A DNA stretch of 39,654 bases. Origin: a virus (Duplodnaviria > Caudoviricetes). The notes under the pieces are model-generated. The model saw only the letters and a program-made list of their open reading frames with translations, made no database searches and was not told where the DNA came from. Positions 1 to 7,440 of this stretch are shown in pieces (position 1 is the first letter of the stretch; every line of letters starts with the position of its first letter). A program made the position numbers and the translations under genes. The stretch spans positions 1 through 39,654 of IMG/VR virus record IMGVR_UViG_3300012346_000513, one strand, 5' to 3'.

Positions 1-102
1 AGAGATGCGTTCAGTGGCAAAAAGAAAAAGACTACGATCGCTGATAACCTTGCGGCGTGGATCGTAGTCGCTATAGTTTTCATATATCTCGTGTCGAGAT
101 AG
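1..102 (+). CDS. 3' end of a small predicted membrane protein (partial), convergent with the tape-measure gene
   Basis: Frame 1 is open from the window edge: RDAFSGKKKKTTIADNLAAWIVVAIVFIYLVSR-stop (TAG 100-102). A basic patch is followed by a hydrophobic helix; it abuts the stop of the opposite-strand gene at 104. Confidence 0.5.
   Translation, partial: RDAFSGKKKKTTIADNLAAWIVVAIVFIYLVSR
19..69 (-). terminator. Putative intrinsic terminator of the leftward operon
   Basis: Perfect 10-bp inverted repeat GACTACGATC (30-39)/GATCGTAGTC (60-69), followed on the minus strand by TTTTTCTTTTT (29-19). It lies 35 nt past the 518-aa ORF stop. The 20-nt loop is larger than usual. Confidence 0.55.
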
Positions 103-103
103 G

Positions 104-1660
104 TTATGGTAAGTAGTGATCTAGCGCAACTTCTGGTCGAACATAGTTGTTGACAATCGTGCTCTGATTGTTATTGTTCGTAGTTGAACCACCAACAGTT
201 GTTGCTCCACCAACTACGACATTTGCTGCAGCAGCTCTTTGTCCAGATTCTGTAGCTTCCTGATTAATACGATCAAGACGCTTCATGCGTTCCATATCAA
301 TCGCAAACGATATATCGCCATCAGGTGCAATCTTATTAGTGTATGCTTTGATCGCATTGTTGATGAGGCTATTGCTATCTGACAAATAGTATGGAAGAGG
401 TTTAACTTCTTCTTTCTTAACTGTCGGTGTTTCATACGTATCCATCGCAATTGCAAATGGTTCAGCCGCAGCGATTGCTGCTTCACTTTCCGCTCTTTGT
501 TCTGGAGTCAAAGGAATTACCGGCGCAGTAGTCTTCTTATCACCTGCTTGTGCGCGGTTTGGCGCACCTGCTGGCGTGTCTGTATAATATCCAACTAGAG
601 GTGGGCCCGCTTCAGAGACAGGTGTTCTAGCATATTCTAATGCTTCACGACCAAGATAGTCACCAATAGCAGATCCAATCGCAGCGCCTATAGCAGTGCC
701 TATAGGCCCTCCAAGCGAACCTACTGCCCCACCAATAATACCACCTACCGTAGCACCTGTACCTGACGCAGCGGCCATTCCCAAGTCTCCGGTTTCGGCG
801 AATTCAGCCGCGGCCATGAAAACACCTGCACCTGCACCAACCTTTGTAATAGCCTTTAGGCCTGCCGCACCTCCAGTAATAGATGGAGTTACTCTTGGCC
901 CGGGGCCGGCCTTAGGTTGTGCGGCACCGGTTTGTGGAAGTATCTCTGGCAGTGCCATGCTACCTAATATGCCAGGAAGAGATTTTGAGATCAACTTAGG
1001 TAAAGCAAGACCTAGTGCGGTAGCTGTAGCAGCACCTATCAATGACACAGTGTCTGCACCAAATCCGCTGAGAAATCCCTCTTCGATTGTTCCGTCTTGA
1101 TCCGGATCTAACCATTTGTTTAGTTGTTCGTATATAAAACCGGTCGAGCCAAATATCTTACCAAACTTTCCGCCAATCATTGTACCAAGGGTTGTCCATT
1201 GCGCGGCGTCACCAATCAATCCTGAGACTGTACTGGTGAACCCTTCCGGCAAATCAAAATTGGTTAAAGCTTGATTAATCAATCCTTCGACAAAATTTCC
1301 AACCGCGGGAGCAATTGCAAGGGCAAAGCCACCTTTTAATAGAGTAGCACCTATACCAGCTAGACTGATAGAACCCAATATGCCTGGAATAAGCCCAAGG
1401 AAAGATGAAAAGGCTGAACCCACTGCGCTTTCATTGACTCGAGGTGTTGGTGCATCTGCTAAGTCTTCAAACGCACTTCCTCGACCCGGCTCTTCTTTGC
1501 GCATAGTGTCGAGAATGTTTTGTCTTTCTTTTCGATCTTCTCGTTCTTCAATGGCAAGATTGTACATTGATTCCATGAAGCTTGTTTGCATAACAAGTTG
1601 TCTCTCCATAGACATGAAGAGTCCTTCAAACTTTTTACTATCAATGTTTTCGAATGCCAT
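104..1660 (-). CDS. Putative tail tape-measure / baseplate hub protein (T4 gp29-like position)
   Basis: 518 aa with a helical charged N-terminus, long Gly/Ala hydrophobic and glycine-zipper segments (GGIIGGAVGSLGGPIGTAIGAAIGSAIG) and an N/T/V-rich C-terminus. It lies directly after gp26/gp51. Confidence 0.6.
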   Translation of the reverse strand: MAFENIDSKKFEGLFMSMERQLVMQTSFMESMYNLAIEEREDRKERQNILDTMRKEEPGRGSAFEDLADAPTPRVNESAVGSAFSSFLGLIPGILGSISLAGIGATLLKGGFALAIAPAVGNFVEGLINQALTNFDLPEGFTSTVSGLIGDAAQWTTLGTMIGGKFGKIFGSTGFIYEQLNKWLDPDQDGTIEEGFLSGFGADTVSLIGAATATALGLALPKLISKSLPGILGSMALPEILPQTGAAQPKAGPGPRVTPSITGGAAGLKAITKVGAGAGVFMAAAEFAETGDLGMAAASGTGATVGGIIGGAVGSLGGPIGTAIGAAIGSAIGDYLGREALEYARTPVSEAGPPLVGYYTDTPAGAPNRAQAGDKKTTAPVIPLTPEQRAESEAAIAAAEPFAIAMDTYETPTVKKEEVKPLPYYLSDSNSLINNAIKAYTNKIAPDGDISFAIDMERMKRLDRINQEATESGQRAAAANVVVGGATTVGGSTTNNNNQSTIVNNYVRPEVALDHYLP

Positions 1661-1661
1661 G

Positions 1662-1823
1662 TTACTTTTCTTTTTGTCTTTCTAAAAACTCTACGAGCAT
1701 ATTCAAATAAAGATCTCGTTCAAAAGGCATGAGATTCTCAATATCGCTTATTGAGTATTTATGGTGTTGGACTAACGCGAATGTAGTTTTGTAGTAAATT
1801 GCTAGGTTGCAATAACCTAGCAT
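1662..1823 (-). CDS. gp51: Short gp51-like baseplate hub assembly protein (53 aa, absent from the ORF track)
   Basis: Translated by hand: MLGYCNLAIYYKTTFALVQHHKYSISDIENLMPFERDLYLNMLVEFLERQKEK. The YY-T-FAL-QHHKYS--DIEN--P-ER--Y---L pattern is typical of the short gp51 of T4-like phages. Its ATG overlaps the gp26 stop (TAATG). Confidence 0.85.
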   Translation of the reverse strand: MLGYCNLAIYYKTTFALVQHHKYSISDIENLMPFERDLYLNMLVEFLERQKEK

Positions 1824-1835
1824 TAGATAAAAAAA
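1800..1835 (-). other. Candidate -1 programmed ribosomal frameshift signal (gp26 to gp51)
   Basis: In-frame heptamer T TTT TTT (1835-1829), 6-nt spacer ATCTAA, then the perfect hairpin TGCTAGGTT-ATTGC-AACCTAGCA (1822-1800). The -1 frame runs TTT TTT TAT CTA ATG into gp51. Confidence 0.7.
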
Positions 1836-2521
1836 GTTTCCATACCTTCAATGACGAATGTTTTGTCATCTCCGTTTGAGTTCTTATATTCAACTTCATA
1901 ACGCAGTGTTGGCATAGTCTCAAAGAAGGTTTTGATCATGTCGATGTGGGTGTTGGTAAAACTGTTGATGAACTCTGTGACTTCTTCTTCATTGAAGTCT
2001 TTTAAGCTCATTACACTATCGCCTTCAATTACGCTCTCAATACAATCAATCATAACTGTAAAGAGCATCTCAAAGTTATTCTTTGCAACAGTAATGCGAG
2101 CGAGTTCATTGATGGTAGGATATCTCATCTTAATATGAACTTCGTCATTCAGTTTAATCAACTGCTTATGATTTTCTTTTCTGACGACTTTAATGTTAGA
2201 GATATCTAGATTGAGTGATACCTTTTCCTTTGTATCAGGATCAGTAATAGAAAACTCAATCTCGTTATTCACTGACTTTGCACGAAGGTTAATGAGTAGA
2301 TACTCAAGATCAAACATCGCAAGTTCATCTGCATTAGCACCTTGTAAACAGTTATTGATAATCTGTTTCACTGCTAAAACAATTTGATCAAAATCTTTTG
2401 ATTCTTGCGCAATCAAAAGAATCTTTTCTTCTTTTACTGTGAATGGTCGATACTTAACTTTCTTTCCAGTAGATGGAATCTCAATGTCAAATAGCGGTAA
2501 ATCAATTTTGGGTAATCCCAT
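1823..2521 (-). CDS. gp26: Baseplate hub assembly chaperone (T4 gp26 family)
   Basis: N-terminal LPKI--P-----IPSTGK-VKYRPF-VKEEKILL-A-ES and DLEYL---LRAKSV motifs. Confidence 0.9.
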   Translation of the reverse strand: MGLPKIDLPLFDIEIPSTGKKVKYRPFTVKEEKILLIAQESKDFDQIVLAVKQIINNCLQGANADELAMFDLEYLLINLRAKSVNNEIEFSITDPDTKEKVSLNLDISNIKVVRKENHKQLIKLNDEVHIKMRYPTINELARITVAKNNFEMLFTVMIDCIESVIEGDSVMSLKDFNEEEVTEFINSFTNTHIDMIKTFFETMPTLRYEVEYKNSNGDDKTFVIEGMETFFI

Positions 2522-2533
2522 AGTGTAGCTCCA

Positions 2534-3286
2534 TTATAAGGTGTTGTAAATCGTGTTAACCGTTGTTACAGTGTTAATCAAGTCTTGAATATTACGTGGT
2601 CTCTCTATCTGATTGATAGCTTGAGCGTATGAATTGATCGATGATAGATAAGTCAGGAATCCGTTGGTACGACTATAATCATCAGTCACCTGACCAAGAG
2701 TCATACCATCAACTTTGATCTTATCGTATTCGAATCCAATTGGAAGGACCATGACTTCCGCTTGGTTTTCCCACGATACGTCGACCTGACCAATATTAAA
2801 CGGATACACGTTTCCTAGCTTATATTGGTAGACTTTGTCTTGATCGTTTCCGGAGTAGACCAATATCTCAACTTGAGCCGCGTAGTTCTCTTTGTACTCA
2901 AATTCGTATGGATACTTGTCGTAAGCATCTTTCACGAAGTGGCCATCATACGAATTGTAGTTTGTGATTGACTGCATCCAACGATGGAAGTACTTCATCA
3001 CTGCGAAGTTACTATCGACCATGAACTGAAGAGTCAAACTTCCAGCTCGAATCTCGGTCGGACGCTTTTCTGCTTTACCAAAACCTTGTGAACGGATGTC
3101 GATCACGTCAAGATCTAACGATGGAAGTGTAGCTGACTTGCACAGAAACGACAACTCGCGAGTTGGCATCTGTTGTTCCAAGTCACTCATCGAAGCTGGA
3201 AGAGTGATTCGTGTAAAGAACAGATTGTTTTTCGCTAGTCCATGTTTAGCGACCTGTGAACTAAACTGAGCGATGTTGAATACCAT
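2534..3286 (-). CDS. gp54: Baseplate tail-tube initiator (gp54 / gp19 tube-fold family)
   Basis: F---V-K-GLA--N-F start, LSFLCKSATLP, FHRWM--I, YKENYA, and VYP-NIG----W motifs of the tail tube fold; position next to gp2. Confidence 0.7.
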   Translation of the reverse strand: MVFNIAQFSSQVAKHGLAKNNLFFTRITLPASMSDLEQQMPTRELSFLCKSATLPSLDLDVIDIRSQGFGKAEKRPTEIRAGSLTLQFMVDSNFAVMKYFHRWMQSITNYNSYDGHFVKDAYDKYPYEFEYKENYAAQVEILVYSGNDQDKVYQYKLGNVYPFNIGQVDVSWENQAEVMVLPIGFEYDKIKVDGMTLGQVTDDYSRTNGFLTYLSSINSYAQAINQIERPRNIQDLINTVTTVNTIYNTL

Positions 3287-3297
3287 ATCGGTGAACC

Positions 3298-3888
3298 TTA
3301 TGTGATAAGTTTTTTAGAATCGGCCCAAACCTTTTGTTTGTTAGCCCCTCTAAATCTTTCGGTTGGAAGAAACAACGCTACGTCCCATTCAGATGGATAC
3401 ACATATAGGAATTTGCTTCGTACCTGATTCGTCAAGTAATGTTTGACACACGGCTTAAAGTATTTGAACTTGGCTGCGTTATCCAAGATGTTATAGTTCA
3501 TCTTCAAACGAGTAGTCTCGTCGTACTTATCGTTTGAAGATACATCATAGAGTGCGTCCATCAACTTTGCTCTGAGTGGCAAGGGCAGATAGTGCAGGTT
3601 GATTCCCATGAATCCATTCTCTACACGTCTGTATGGAAACACCAACGGAAATGCGTCGAAGTATGGGAGTGTGTCTTTGTGCTTAGCGTCGTAGTAGTAC
3701 ATGTACATCGAGCCAATGATTGGACGAACGGTAAGTCTTTCGTTCCCGCCTCTCATAAGCGATCGCTCATTCACGGTCTTGTATGACTGTGCAGTAGTAC
3801 GATACCAATCACGCGCAGCAGTCGTTCGAGCTGGCATTTGGCCACCTCTCACACCTTTGTTCAGAATGTCGTCGAATACTGTTGCCAT
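3298..3888 (-). CDS. gp2: DNA end protector protein
   Basis: YDAKHKDTLPYFD-FPLVF, GINLHYLP---RAKL and CVKHYL---VRS motifs. Confidence 0.92.
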   Translation of the reverse strand: MATVFDDILNKGVRGGQMPARTTAARDWYRTTAQSYKTVNERSLMRGGNERLTVRPIIGSMYMYYYDAKHKDTLPYFDAFPLVFPYRRVENGFMGINLHYLPLPLRAKLMDALYDVSSNDKYDETTRLKMNYNILDNAAKFKYFKPCVKHYLTNQVRSKFLYVYPSEWDVALFLPTERFRGANKQKVWADSKKLIT

Positions 3889-4347
3889 TTACTTACCGAA
3901 TATATGCGCTTCTGTCATGATTACGAACTGCCAACCTTTATCAGCACAATATTCCTTTGCCGCGATCCACTTAGCTTCATTCACACCCCAAGTTTTTACT
4001 TCGTTAAGGTATCTTTTGCTGAGTCTACCTTTTGGTGTGAGTTTGTTGTTGATGTCCGGCGGTTTCGTTTGTGCTGCAGGCTTAATTTCAATGAGAAGTG
4101 TTTGCTTCTGCCCATCTTTATTTATCATCTCCACATAAGCATCAGGGAAATACCGATGCCATCTACCATCAATTGGTGACTTATATGGAATGATGAGTTC
4201 TTCACTCGCCCAACGTATCACATTAGGATGATTGTCGAGATATGAAAAGAATTGTAGTTCCCAACCAGATCGATACACGATGTTGGTTGGATCACCCTTA
4301 TACTTCTGAGGGTTCTTTGGCTTGTAAAGTCCTTGGTAGTATGCCAT
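3889..4347 (-). CDS. gp4: Head completion nuclease (TnsA-like PD-(D/E)xK)
   Basis: G-YKPKNPQKYKGDPTNIVYRSGWE, W-SEE--IPY-SP-DG--HRYFPD, EIKP and VN-AKW-AA motifs. Start moved to ATG 4347, which follows AGGGA. Confidence 0.92.
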   Translation of the reverse strand: MAYYQGLYKPKNPQKYKGDPTNIVYRSGWELQFFSYLDNHPNVIRWASEELIIPYKSPIDGRWHRYFPDAYVEMINKDGQKQTLLIEIKPAAQTKPPDINNKLTPKGRLSKRYLNEVKTWGVNEAKWIAAKEYCADKGWQFVIMTEAHIFGK

Positions 4348-4355
4348 GAATTCCC

Positions 4356-4363
4356 TATAAATA
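4356..4363 (+). promoter_or_regulatory. T4-type late promoter for the rightward baseplate operon
   Basis: Exact TATAAATA, 35 nt before the gp48 ATG at 4399. Confidence 0.85.
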
Positions 4364-4378
4364 ATCTTTAGCATATGT

Positions 4379-4386
4379 TATTTATA
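4379..4386 (-). promoter_or_regulatory. T4-type late promoter for the leftward operon
   Basis: TATTTATA on + is TATAAATA on -, about 30 nt before the gp4 ATG at 4347. Confidence 0.85.
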
Positions 4387-4398
4387 GGGATCAACCAT

Positions 4399-5295
4399 AT
4401 GGTGAACGCCGCAGAAAAAATAGACAAAAGCAAGAGAGAATACAGACCCAGCAGACTACAATTTCCGTCTGATCTGGGCGCGCATGCAATGGTATTCAAC
4501 TTTATCAAGTATGATTACGATTCAACCTTTACCACTATTCGTTCGAACCCTATCACTGCCGGTAGTATCGTACTTCCACTTCCTCAGAACCTTGAAGATA
4601 GTTTAGGTGTTAAATCAAACGCGGTTGAACTTGGAGCTCAAGGTGCTGCAGCGATTGGAGCATTCAGCGCGTTGAAGAATCCGGATTTAGCTAAGCAGCT
4701 TGGTGTGAAAGCCGGGGAAAGCATAACGGAGCTAATCAGTGATCCATCTGGGGTCACCAGTAATGAAGCTCTAAGCACACTCAGAGCTGCTAGCAAATTT
4801 GTCGGTAGAAACTTTCTTGATAGCATTGCACCTGGTCTTGGCGCTGCAGCGGACGTTGCAACTGGCACTGCGGTCAACCCTCACACTACACTTGACTTCG
4901 ATGGTGTTAACTTAAAACAACATACACTTCAATGGACCTTATCACCGAGAAGTGAGAGAGAATCGACAGCGTTGAAAGATATCTTAAACGCCTTTCGTAG
5001 AAACATGCTTCCTGAATACAACGGATTAACTGGTATAGAACAACTCGCGCCTCGCGCATTGATGAACTATCCTAATCTAGTCAAAGTGAATTTCATTGGC
5101 GTAGACCAAGATCACTTCTATCGATTCAAACCATGTATGATCCAGGGCATGACAGTTCAGTATACTCAAGGCAACGGTGTGACTCTCTTAAAGGGTGGTC
5201 GCCCTTCAGTTGTTAGTGTAATCGTAACTCTGCTCGAGGCTTCTCCTCACACGAAAGACGACTATAGCATAGGTTTCAATCAGGGTGGTAGATAA
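4399..5295 (+). CDS. gp48: Baseplate tail-tube cap
   Basis: LQFP-DL, I-LPLP--L-D, VNPH-TL-F-GV-LK-H---W-LSPRS--ES and FKPC-I motifs; directly before gp53. Start refined to ATG 4399, which follows AGGGA. Confidence 0.85.
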   Translation: MVNAAEKIDKSKREYRPSRLQFPSDLGAHAMVFNFIKYDYDSTFTTIRSNPITAGSIVLPLPQNLEDSLGVKSNAVELGAQGAAAIGAFSALKNPDLAKQLGVKAGESITELISDPSGVTSNEALSTLRAASKFVGRNFLDSIAPGLGAAADVATGTAVNPHTTLDFDGVNLKQHTLQWTLSPRSERESTALKDILNAFRRNMLPEYNGLTGIEQLAPRALMNYPNLVKVNFIGVDQDHFYRFKPCMIQGMTVQYTQGNGVTLLKGGRPSVVSVIVTLLEASPHTKDDYSIGFNQGGR

Positions 5296-6098
5296 TGTCT
5301 AAGTATTTCAAGTATTTTCCAAAGGTCGAATACCTTGGCCGAACAGTAAGCGATATCACTCGTCGTGTCAAGATCGTAGAAGATCTTGAGAACGATCCAT
5401 ACGCGTTTCTTCCATACACAATCACTGATAATGATCGTCCAGAAGACATTGCTTATTACTACTATGGTGATGCAAATAAAGTATGGATGGTCTATCTCGC
5501 AAATCAGATCATTGATCCATATTCACAATGGCCACTATCAAGTGAAAACTTTGAGAAGTCAATGATCGCTAAATATGAACGTCCTGTAATTACATTTGCA
5601 AATACTTCTGTGAATACTTCGATTAGCACAATCAACGTGACTAGTCATGGATTACACACGACTGATCCAATTGTTTACACTACTTCAAATACTGTTGTAA
5701 CTGGACTTACATCTGGTAATACTTATTATGTAATCAAAGCAAGTGATTCCGCTATTCGTTTGGCATCATCTGCAGCGAATGCAATTGCAAATACTTCAAT
5801 CACTCTAAGTGGTGTTGGATCTGGAACTCATTCACTTACATTCAATGTTGATAATTGGTTAATCAATGATACGATCTTAACTAACATCAAACACTATGAA
5901 AACAAAGCCGATCCTACAATTACGATATCGCCTGATACATACATCTACGACACCTCACTTATTACAAGTGAATGGACAAAGGTCAAACACTATGATTATG
6001 AATTCAAATTGAATGATAGCCGTAGAACGATTTGGCTTGTTAACTCAACATATGCTGATCAACTTGAATCAGATCTAGAGAAGGTGATGAATGAGTAA
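5295..6098 (+). CDS. gp53: Baseplate wedge subunit gp53 (LysM-like) with an internal beta-rich insertion
   Basis: YFKYFPKVEY start, YTI---DRPE-IAY-YYGD----W-V-LAN-IIDPY-QWP, and C-terminal YDYE---ND-RR-I motifs. Confidence 0.88.
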   Translation: MSKYFKYFPKVEYLGRTVSDITRRVKIVEDLENDPYAFLPYTITDNDRPEDIAYYYYGDANKVWMVYLANQIIDPYSQWPLSSENFEKSMIAKYERPVITFANTSVNTSISTINVTSHGLHTTDPIVYTTSNTVVTGLTSGNTYYVIKASDSAIRLASSAANAIANTSITLSGVGSGTHSLTFNVDNWLINDTILTNIKHYENKADPTITISPDTYIYDTSLITSEWTKVKHYDYEFKLNDSRRTIWLVNSTYADQLESDLEKVMNE

Positions 6099-7440
6099 CT
6101 CATCTCTCAGACAGGCTGGTCACTACGCTCTTAAGTCGTTTAGAATAACAAATTTTAAGCGTACTAAGACAATTGACTTTAGTCGACTTATTCATACATG
6201 GTCTATTACTGAATCAATGTCTGCTGGTTCAGTAAGAGGCAATGCTGTAGTATATGACGCCTTAAACCTATTAGCTGAATTCCCATTACTCGGTGAAGAG
6301 ATCGTTGATATCGTTTACTCTGACTTCTTTGATATTGAAAGAAGAGAAACCTTTTTTCTATACGCAATTAGCAATGTTCAGAATCCTGATGAAAACTCCG
6401 GTAAGATTCAAAGATACACATTGAACTTTGTTTCACCTGCTAAATTCTATACCGAAGATACTTACATGATGAAGGCCTACAAACCAGTAGGTAGTTCATC
6501 AAGAGTAAGTGATTACGTAAAAGAATTGTACGACGAGTACTACAAAAGATTAACAGAACAAAATGGTCTTAAGCCAAAAGAGATTGTAGTTGAAGAAACT
6601 CAAGGCACACAATCATTAGTCATACCTAATATGACGCCTGAACAAGCAATGCACTTCTTTTCTCGAAAGGCTTATTCATCTGCTTCAAACACTCAGATGT
6701 TTCGTTTCTTTGAGAACAGAGACAAGTATTACTTCGTTTCCAATGATTATATGTTGAAGGCAGGAAAGAACTTCACTGGATATGGTGATGGGTTAGTTGA
6801 TCCGGGTCTAGCAAAAGCTGCTAATATGAGCAACAATCCAGTTCCAATCTTCCGTCGCAATTACATGCCAGACTTAAGTGCTGATCGTCAGATTCAAGCA
6901 ATGTACGACATTATTGCGATCGACTTTGGAGAAAGAGTAAATACCATAGAAGATCTTAACTCTGGTGCGTATAAGAGAAAAGCCGTAGAGATCGATATTC
7001 TCAATGGTGCAATCATTCAATATCCATACGATCATTTGACTGAGTTTGATGAAAAGGGTCAAAGCCTAATTCATAATCGTGAATTCGTTGATACTTACAT
7101 GACAAAAGAAGATGTAAGATTCATCGTAAAAGATTATTCTACAACCGGCGCAAATAGTGGTAAGAATGCTCGTTATGATACGTTCTATCAACAACTTCAT
7201 AATGAGAAGAGATCGAATGCTTATCATTATACGAAGAACAAGATTAACATGACAATCTTTGGCCGTAATAATATCTTTGCGGGTAGTGTTATTGATCTAG
7301 ACTTAAATTACGCAAAAGATGTAGTAAAGCAAGACAAAGAGAAGAGTGGAAGATACATAGTTGAATCGATCGAGAATGTGTTCTATGAGAATACGTACAG
7401 ACAAAAAGTGGTTATCTCTAGAAGTGGAATTGGCGTATGA
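6091..7440 (+). CDS. Putative baseplate hub protein (gp27-like)
   Basis: 449 aa between gp53 and gp5. I-ESM----V-G-----DA-NL---FPL-GEE, VIPN--P, FFEN and SG-Y-V--I patterns fit phage hub/tail proteins. Confidence 0.6.
   Translation: MSNSSLRQAGHYALKSFRITNFKRTKTIDFSRLIHTWSITESMSAGSVRGNAVVYDALNLLAEFPLLGEEIVDIVYSDFFDIERRETFFLYAISNVQNPDENSGKIQRYTLNFVSPAKFYTEDTYMMKAYKPVGSSSRVSDYVKELYDEYYKRLTEQNGLKPKEIVVEETQGTQSLVIPNMTPEQAMHFFSRKAYSSASNTQMFRFFENRDKYYFVSNDYMLKAGKNFTGYGDGLVDPGLAKAANMSNNPVPIFRRNYMPDLSADRQIQAMYDIIAIDFGERVNTIEDLNSGAYKRKAVEIDILNGAIIQYPYDHLTEFDEKGQSLIHNREFVDTYMTKEDVRFIVKDYSTTGANSGKNARYDTFYQQLHNEKRSNAYHYTKNKINMTIFGRNNIFAGSVIDLDLNYAKDVVKQDKEKSGRYIVESIENVFYENTYRQKVVISRSGIGV

Noticed and set aside
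696-1685. Plus-strand ORFs of 134 and 101 aa inside the tape-measure gene
   Set aside because: They are antisense mirrors of Gly/Ala-rich codons.
3889-4347. TnsA-like nuclease as a sign of a transposon or homing endonuclease
   Set aside because: Motifs and position beside gp2 identify the core head-completion protein gp4; no transposon ends or partner genes are seen.
4348-4398. ORF-track starts at 4374 (gp4) and 4375 (gp48)
   Set aside because: They are alternative-codon extensions lying inside the promoter dyad; ATGs at 4347 and 4399 have AGGGA RBSs.
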